From Kiritimatiellia bacterium (GTDB lineage Bacteria; Verrucomicrobiota; Kiritimatiellia; RFP12; UBA1067): a DNA stretch of 63,099 bases. The stretch is from assembly GCA_017962315.1 (NCBI GenBank), contig JAGCVN010000106.1:1-63099 (forward strand), given 5' to 3'. The notes beneath the pieces were generated by a model. That model was not told the origin of the DNA. It saw only the letters and a program-made list of their open reading frames with translations, and made no database searches. Positions within the stretch are counted from its first letter, which is position 1. Every line of letters begins with the position of its first letter. This document shows positions 56,661 through 63,099 of the stretch, piece after piece. The position numbers and the translations under genes were made by a program.

Positions 56661-59600
56661 ATGAACCAGCGAAATAGTTTGATTGCAACGGTAGTTCTCG
56701 TCTCGACGACATTCGTTGCCGACGCAGCAGGTAACGCGCCTTGGTGCTTCCGCCACTACCGCTTCAAAATCGACGACTGCATGGGCGGACAGAACGGCGT
56801 GCAACTCTCCGAGTTCCGGCTCCTGAATGGCGATACGGACGTGACGCCGCTCCGCTCCGGTTTTTCGCACGGAGAGGGCATGGACTCCAGTTCCAAGTCC
56901 CCAATCGCCCAGGCGGTTGACGGCAAACTCTCCACGAAATGGTACTCCGTCAACGGTGCGGGTTGCAAGGACATGACGAAATGCTGGCTGCAGATCGACT
57001 ACGACCGGCCGCAGCCCGTGACCGCCTACGACTGGGCGACCGCCAACGACCGCTGGTTCGGGGAAAAGCCCAACGACCACCGCGACCCGATGATTTTCCG
57101 TCTTCTCGGAAGCGACAACGGCGAGACGTGGACGGAACTGGATGCGCGCAACATCGGTGCCAAAAACATCAAACGCAACGCATGGACGGGACCGTACAGC
57201 TCGTTGCACAACGATTCCTTCACCGCCCACTCGATGCTCACACGCGACGGATGGCGCATGATCTCGCGCAAGAACGCGGACGGCGCGACCGTCCATGAAC
57301 TCGTTCCCACGAACCGGTTGCCCGCAAACCTGCCGCCGGTGCGCGAGTGGAAGTTCTACGGAATCAAGGCCACGCATACCGACATCGGCCTCCACAACCC
57401 GCAGTACATCCAGCGACACGGAACCGTGCGCCGTATCGACGAGGCGGCGCGGCTCATCGACGCCGACAGGCGTCCCGACTCCGACCCTGCCGCATACCGC
57501 TACGTGATGGAGGGCGCGTGGTTCTGGGACAACTACCACATGGACAAAGGCATGGATGCCGCGTGGCGCATCGTCACCAACTACATGGCGCGCGGGCGCA
57601 TGGACGTGGGCGTGACGTGCGCGGGCAACCATACGCACCTCTACTCGGCGACGGAGATCGACCGCTCGATCCTCACAAAGCGACGCCTTGAGCAGAAGTG
57701 GGGCGTCCACACGCGCACGTTCATCATGCCCGACAGCCCCGGCCTCAGCTGCTCGCTGATCGATCCGTACGTCCGCGCTGGAATCCGCAACTGCGTCTTC
57801 CTGCCAAACCAGTGGAACCCGATTCCCTCGACCATCTGGAAGATGCGTAAAAAGACGTACACGAAGCGCCCTCACTACAACAGCCCGGACATGCAGGGCG
57901 GCGGCAACAGAATCGCCGTGTCCTACGACCTCGACATCCCGATGGTGTTCCGCTGGAAGGCGCCGGGAGGGAAGGAGTCGCTGCTTGTCTGGTGCTCCAC
58001 GCACTACAGAAGAGGATATGAGCGACTGGGGCTGACGGACAGTGTGAGACCGTCGTTTGTCCAGACTGCGGAGAACCAGATGCCGGAATATCTGGAGATT
58101 CTGGAGAGGAAGTATCCCTACGACGTGTGGCTCGGGGGAATGTATGGCGACGACGAATGGCCGAACACCGGCTTTGCGGACTTCGCGGCGAAGTGGAACA
58201 AGAAGTGGCTGTGGCCGCAGTTCCGCACTGTGGGACGTCTCGACGAGCCGTTCGAGTATCTGGAGGAGAAGTTCGGCGACAAGATTCCCACGCTCACGGG
58301 CGAGATGACGAGCGGCTGGCTGCAGCACGCAGCCTCGACGCCGGAACTCCTCGCCGACAAGCTCAACGCCGACCGGATGCTCGAGACGGCGGAGCGCCTC
58401 GGCACGTTCGCCGGCACAATCGACCGCGCCGCCGTTGACCGTGCCTGGTGGTACCTCATCCTCAACGACGAACACTCCTACGGCACGAGTGGCTACAAGG
58501 GGCGGCGCGTGTTCGAGACGTGGATGCAGCACCGCGACTGGATCGAACGCGCCGCCGCGACGGCCTCGAACGAACTCGCGAAGGCGGTAGCGAAACTTGG
58601 ACTGAAGAAGGAATTGTTCACAAATGACAATTGCCACAATTGTTCACAAATCACAAATATCAATTCTACACGTTCTACATGTTCTACACGGCTAAAAAAT
58701 CTGCGTGAGGCAAAAGACGGCGTCACCGAAAACCGCTGGTACCGCGTGGTCGTGACGAACGGCGTCATCTACTCCATCTACGACAAGGAGCTTGCGCGCG
58801 AGCTAATCGACGGCCCCGCCAACCGCTTCATGTACACCCGCGACAACCACAAGACTTGGGAGGCGGAGCCCGAAAAGGCGCTTGGCGCGAAGGTGACGCG
58901 CCGCGTGTACCTGGCCGAGAACGAGAAGCGCATCGACATCAAGGACCGCTTCGAACACGCGAGCGACCTCTTCAACACGAACCGCTACTACCGCTTCGGC
59001 TATCTCGCGTTCCCGTTCGCCGTGTCGGGCGGCGCGTTCCGCGCGCACCTCAACGGCACGGTGATACGTCCGTATGAGGACTGCCACCCGATGACGACGG
59101 ACGCCTACTGCGCCGTGCGCGACTGGTGTCTGGTGGAGAACAACGACTTCGGCGTGGCGCTGATGATGCGCGACTCGACGCTGACGGAGTTTGGCGAGAT
59201 CCATCCCGACAAGACGTGCTACACCGGCAAGCCGCCGAAGGGGAAGACCTCCATCTATCCGTATCTCTTCACGGATTGGCTCCAGATGCACCAGCCGGAC
59301 GGGGATTCGATGAACTTCACGTTCCGCTTCGCGATCACGTCGTATGCAGGCCGCTGGGAAACGGCGGGAATCCCCCGCATCTGCGAGGACTGGCTTGACC
59401 CGTATGCGAAATGGATGCGTGAAAACAATGTTCCGCATGTCGCCCGCGAAACCATCGCGGAACCGCCGCCCGGCTGGACGGGACTCATCGAGAAGCCCCG
59501 CGCCGGACACGGCGAGAAGGACGGGCAGATGTACGTTCTCTGGGGGGCGGAAATGTCGCCCGATTTCGACCATTACGAACTCTGGCGTGACGGACTATTT

Positions 59601-61829
59601 CTCGCGAACGTCACGAACGAGGTTCCCGACGGAGTCCCCTACCGTGTCGCCCGTTATGAAGACTTGGGGTTACCCACGCACTCGCGCCACGAGTACCGCA
59701 TCCGAAAAGTATGGAAGGATGGCCGTAAGGATCCGCTCGGCGAGCCATTCTACGGTCTGACGCGGGCGATGAACGAAGAGACGCAAAACGGAATCATCTG
59801 CGAAAGTTCGCAGGGGAGACTATATGTACGTTACGACGGAGCCACCGTGACAAGCTGGCAACCGACATCCCTTGGGGAGGGTAAGGACATGTTCTTCATG
59901 CCCGCAACAACGCCTTGGGGGAAAGAGGTACATGGTGGTCTCCCGATCTGCTGGCCTTGGGTCGGACGGCGGGAAGGGATGCCGAAGCATGGACTTGTCC
60001 GGTACATGAAATGGCAGTTGGTGAAGCGGCTCGGAAAGAACGGCGTCGAACTTGAGACGGCCTCGACACCCAAAACGATGAAGATATGGCCGCATCCGTT
60101 TACGCTCCGTGCCGTCGTTTCCATCACAGGTCCGGACACTATGGAGCTCGTCGTGACAGAGACAAACACCGGGGACAAACCGTATGAATCCGCGCTGGGT
60201 TTCCATCCGTATTTCTCGATGGCGGACGCCTGCAAGGTGTTGCTCGACGGAAACGTATTGCCGCTTCCGTGGGTGATGAAGGAATTTGCGGCGGACGGGA
60301 AGTCCCACAGGCTGGACGATCCCGAACGGAACCGTTCCATCACCGTTTCGGCATCGGGCAACGACACGTGGTATGTCTGGAATCCCGGTACGGAGCGGAC
60401 GCCGCTCTGCGAGACGCTTACCCCTGACGAGTGGCGACGCTTCTACTGCCTTGAGCCAGTGATGAAAAAATCGCTTCCGCTCGCCCCCGGAAAGAGCCGT
60501 TCGCACCAGATAAAACTACAGTTCGCGAAAGCGGGCGTCACACCAGCAAACGAGGATCCATCGATGAAGAAATCCGAACCAATCTACGCGAAATACCGTC
60601 TTGACGCGAAGTCGAACCTCTATCCTGTGGGCGGCAGGGCAAACGTGGAGGCGTATGTCGCTGACAAGTACGGTAGGCTCGCCACGAACGGCGTTGTCGA
60701 TGTGTGGGTTGACGACGGCTGGACGAATGTGGTCTGGCAGCGTACCGTCGATCTCGCCAAAGAACCCCGCATCAAGATGGAATTCTCGCGCTCGACGCCC
60801 GGTTCGCTCCGCATTTACATGAAAGGCCGGGACATTCCCGTCCGCCAACGGATGGAACGGATGATTTTCGGAATGGCGCATATCGAACCGTTCACGCCGT
60901 GTCCCGACGACTTCGAGTCGTATTGGCGAAGCGAACAGGCGCGTCTTGAACGCGAAGTGCCGATCGCGGTGGAAAAAGTTCCCGCGCCGGAACTGGACAC
61001 GCCGGACGCCCGTGCGTTCCGCGTGAGCTTCGCGACGTTCGGCGGCCATCGGGTCTACGGCATCTTGTCCGTACCGAAGGGCAAAGGCAGATTCCCCGTG
61101 ATTGTAAACGTGCCAGGCGCCGGCCCCGGACAACAGGAGCTTCGGGGGGAGACGACGCGAAAGGGCTGGATCACGCTTATGATGAACGTCCACGGGATCC
61201 CCCTCTATGGGACGAAGAGCGCGTACATGGCGCGTTTCAAGAAGTGGTTCGAAGACTACGCGACGAAAGCGGGCGAACCGCGTTACCAATACGTCGGGTA
61301 TTCCGTCAGCCGCGAAGCGCCGTTTTACCACCGCACAATCCTCGGCATGACCCGTGCACTCGACTGGCTTGCAAACGAACCTTACGCCGATCCGTCGCGT
61401 TTCGTCTATTACGGATGCAGCCAGGGAGGCGGGTTCGGGCTTTATTTAACCGCGATGTGGGGCCGTTTCGCGAAGTCACTCATCCTTTGTCCAAACAAGT
61501 GCGACATGCTCGCATACAAGGGTGGCAGACAGCCGGGAAGCTCGCACATCATGAACCAGAAGCCTGAGAACCGCGAACGGGCGGAGAAGAACGCCGTGTA
61601 TCACGACAACTGCAATTTCGCCACAATGATCCACACGCCCGTCCGCATGGTGTACGGGACGGCAGACGACAACTGCCAGACGATCGGCGGCATCGCCGCG
61701 TTCAACCGCATTGCCTCCAAGGACAAACAGCTTCGTCTTCTCTCCGGGAAAGGGCACGGCTGGCTCACTGCCGGTTTCGACCAATGGCTCTTTGAACCGT
61801 GCGCGCGAATTTCCAGTGCAACACCCTGA
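56661..61829 (+). CDS. Secreted multidomain CAZyme: F5/8-type + GH38-like + FN3-like + aldose-1-epimerase/mutarotase + CE7-like acetyl esterase
   Basis: THTDIG, MPDSPG, DEHSYG (GH38-like); GGLPICWPW..KHG..GFHPYF..VWNP..CLEP (mutarotase); DFESYW, VPGAG, GCSQGGG, DDNC, GH (esterase triad). Confidence 0.8.
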   Translation: MNQRNSLIATVVLVSTTFVADAAGNAPWCFRHYRFKIDDCMGGQNGVQLSEFRLLNGDTDVTPLRSGFSHGEGMDSSSKSPIAQAVDGKLSTKWYSVNGAGCKDMTKCWLQIDYDRPQPVTAYDWATANDRWFGEKPNDHRDPMIFRLLGSDNGETWTELDARNIGAKNIKRNAWTGPYSSLHNDSFTAHSMLTRDGWRMISRKNADGATVHELVPTNRLPANLPPVREWKFYGIKATHTDIGLHNPQYIQRHGTVRRIDEAARLIDADRRPDSDPAAYRYVMEGAWFWDNYHMDKGMDAAWRIVTNYMARGRMDVGVTCAGNHTHLYSATEIDRSILTKRRLEQKWGVHTRTFIMPDSPGLSCSLIDPYVRAGIRNCVFLPNQWNPIPSTIWKMRKKTYTKRPHYNSPDMQGGGNRIAVSYDLDIPMVFRWKAPGGKESLLVWCSTHYRRGYERLGLTDSVRPSFVQTAENQMPEYLEILERKYPYDVWLGGMYGDDEWPNTGFADFAAKWNKKWLWPQFRTVGRLDEPFEYLEEKFGDKIPTLTGEMTSGWLQHAASTPELLADKLNADRMLETAERLGTFAGTIDRAAVDRAWWYLILNDEHSYGTSGYKGRRVFETWMQHRDWIERAAATASNELAKAVAKLGLKKELFTNDNCHNCSQITNINSTRSTCSTRLKNLREAKDGVTENRWYRVVVTNGVIYSIYDKELARELIDGPANRFMYTRDNHKTWEAEPEKALGAKVTRRVYLAENEKRIDIKDRFEHASDLFNTNRYYRFGYLAFPFAVSGGAFRAHLNGTVIRPYEDCHPMTTDAYCAVRDWCLVENNDFGVALMMRDSTLTEFGEIHPDKTCYTGKPPKGKTSIYPYLFTDWLQMHQPDGDSMNFTFRFAITSYAGRWETAGIPRICEDWLDPYAKWMRENNVPHVARETIAEPPPGWTGLIEKPRAGHGEKDGQMYVLWGAEMSPDFDHYELWRDGLFLANVTNEVPDGVPYRVARYEDLGLPTHSRHEYRIRKVWKDGRKDPLGEPFYGLTRAMNEETQNGIICESSQGRLYVRYDGATVTSWQPTSLGEGKDMFFMPATTPWGKEVHGGLPICWPWVGRREGMPKHGLVRYMKWQLVKRLGKNGVELETASTPKTMKIWPHPFTLRAVVSITGPDTMELVVTETNTGDKPYESALGFHPYFSMADACKVLLDGNVLPLPWVMKEFAADGKSHRLDDPERNRSITVSASGNDTWYVWNPGTERTPLCETLTPDEWRRFYCLEPVMKKSLPLAPGKSRSHQIKLQFAKAGVTPANEDPSMKKSEPIYAKYRLDAKSNLYPVGGRANVEAYVADKYGRLATNGVVDVWVDDGWTNVVWQRTVDLAKEPRIKMEFSRSTPGSLRIYMKGRDIPVRQRMERMIFGMAHIEPFTPCPDDFESYWRSEQARLEREVPIAVEKVPAPELDTPDARAFRVSFATFGGHRVYGILSVPKGKGRFPVIVNVPGAGPGQQELRGETTRKGWITLMMNVHGIPLYGTKSAYMARFKKWFEDYATKAGEPRYQYVGYSVSREAPFYHRTILGMTRALDWLANEPYADPSRFVYYGCSQGGGFGLYLTAMWGRFAKSLILCPNKCDMLAYKGGRQPGSSHIMNQKPENRERAEKNAVYHDNCNFATMIHTPVRMVYGTADDNCQTIGGIAAFNRIASKDKQLRLLSGKGHGWLTAGFDQWLFEPCARISSATP
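58612..58695 (-). repeat. In-frame AT-rich repeat element with a 9-bp period
   Basis: AATTGTTCACAAAT twice (58612, 58638), TTCTACA at 58664/58673/58682, then CGGCTAA; reverse complement matches 37418-37449. Confidence 0.8.
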
Positions 61830-62660
61830 GGTTTGCCGCATGACCTGATGGCGGTCTGACAGCCCCCCTTTGTTGAGATTTTCCTGGAGGGGTTGCAAAA
61901 GTCAGGCGTCGGCCGTATGCTTTCTTGCAAACCAAAAAAACACGCAAGGAGGCATCGATGGCCGCAAAGAGACAGCGAAAGGCCCCACCCGGGACTCCGA
62001 AGTACCACCGCCTGACGGCGGAGGAACGTATCACAATCCAGGCGCTCCGTAAAGAGGGGTGTTCGATCCGCCACATCGCGAACCGGATCGGGTGCGCCCC
62101 TTCCAGCGTGTCGCGGGAGCTGCGCCGCAACGCCGGCAGGAAGGGTTGTCGCGCGAAGAAGGCGAAGACGGAGTTCCGTGTCCGGGCAAAGGCGCAGTCC
62201 CGGCACAAGCTCGCGCCGGAGATGCGGGGGTACATCAAGGACAGGATGTCCGGGGGGTGGACGCCCGGACAGATCGGGGGGCGCGGCAGGCACGACGGCG
62301 TCCCGACGGTCAGCAGGGAGACCATCTACTAGGGAATACTACGGGCGGCAGAAGCCCGTCCTCGCCGGCAGGTCGGACGGGGAGCTCCCCGCTGGCGATA
62401 CGGCGGAAGAAGCGCAAGGCGCGCGAGGTGTTCGCCGAACTACTCAGGCGGCATCTCCCAAGGTCCGCGTAGCCGTGCCCGGCCTTTGATAACGCCCGTC
62501 CGCAGGGGCGGGTTTGCACACCGTCCTCCCTCCGTCCCCCCGAAACCTCCGAATTCCCGCTTGCGCCCCGAACCGAAGTGCGCTAGAACGGCCCTCCGTT
62601 CACAAGAAAGCATTGCCGGCATTGGCTAGGCAACGGATGTGGCACTGGAAATTTGCTGGC
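61801..62660 (+). mobile_element. Defective IS30-family element (about 860 bp)
   Basis: 25-bp inverted repeats GCGCGCGAATTTCCAGTGCAACACC (61801-61825) and GATGTGGCACTGGAAATTTGCTGGC (62636-62660), 20/25 match, enclosing a transposase remnant. Confidence 0.8.
61958..62472 (+). pseudogene. IS30 transposase remnant (frameshifted, DDE core deleted)
   Basis: YHRLTAEER..IQAL..SIRHIA..APSSVSRELRRN, WTPGQI, VSRETIY; then frameshifts and LLRRHLP from the C-terminus. Confidence 0.85.
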
Positions 62661-62672
62661 GGGGAATGAATT

Positions 62673-63017
62673 TTGTCAGATTCTGTCTCTCCATTCGTAT
62701 ATAGGTGCGACAGGGGCAAACAGAAACAAGCGGAGAATGTCATTGTGAAACATCACGAATTCAGTTTGAGTCGCAGTCGCAATATAGCCGCCGTTCTGGC
62801 GACTGCGATTTTGGTTTTGAACGTAGAAGCCGCCGTTTACTTCCAAGGAAAGGAAGTTCTGCGCAAATCGAAAGCGGTTGCCGATGTGGCAGCGATCTTT
62901 TGGGCGCCAGTCAAAAATTCGACTACCTCCGACAGGATTCAAGTGCGCCTCAATATCGATACTGGGTGGCTGATTGACGGGCCTTTCATTTCTCGACAAT
63001 CTTTCTACGTCCCGTAA
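62673..63017 (+). CDS. Hypothetical protein or fragment, lower GC
   Basis: 114-aa ORF with a hydrophobic, signal-like segment; no recognised motif. Confidence 0.25.
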   Translation: MSDSVSPFVYRCDRGKQKQAENVIVKHHEFSLSRSRNIAAVLATAILVLNVEAAVYFQGKEVLRKSKAVADVAAIFWAPVKNSTTSDRIQVRLNIDTGWLIDGPFISRQSFYVP

Positions 63018-63099
63018 CATAAAAGTCTTTGATTGGTTTAGGTCTTGTGGTCACGGCCTGCTCAACCAACCTGTAGAACAATTTTCCCCGATGCATGGA

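Noticed and set aside
118-61898. Many long alternative-frame and antisense ORFs (e.g. 17343..19508, 30563..32548, 45991..47853, 56574..58637)
   Set aside because: Shadow ORFs expected from high GC3 codon bias; they overlap well-supported genes and lack motifs

Overview
GC-rich bacterial chromosome segment, inferred to be from a PVC-group (Kiritimatiellia/Verrucomicrobiota-like) glycan degrader. The inference rests on the MurC-MurB fusion, the FtsZ tail and the large DUF2341/beta-repeat protein. Core blocks are a partial dcw operon on the minus strand (murC-murB fusion, ddl, ftsQ, ftsA, a divergent ftsZ, cinA-like, mutY), two hsp20 genes behind a sigma-54-type promoter, and glyQS-radical SAM-ligA-ybeY-transporters-rsmE. 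These are interleaved with accessory DNA rich in large secreted multidomain CAZymes (GH5-, GH20-, GH38-, GH65/95- and GH101-like, CE7) and two UroD/MtaA-family genes. The most unusual features are: (1) a type I R-M locus with an intact-looking hsdR, an hsdM collapsed to an 85-98 aa N+C-terminal shell, and a REP-flanked HUH tyrosine transposase with a DprA/SLOG-like extension in the hsdS position; (2) a dispersed MITE-like family carrying REP hairpins; (3) a 9-bp-periodic mini-element inserted in frame, in opposite orientations, at the equivalent linker of two GH38-like paralogues; (4) repeated internally deleted AAA-ATPase genes that keep their promoters directly upstream of CAZyme genes; (5) an FtsZ with a degenerate T7 catalytic loop. 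No rRNA, tRNA or CRISPR array was seen. All family assignments come from motif recognition by eye, not database searches.
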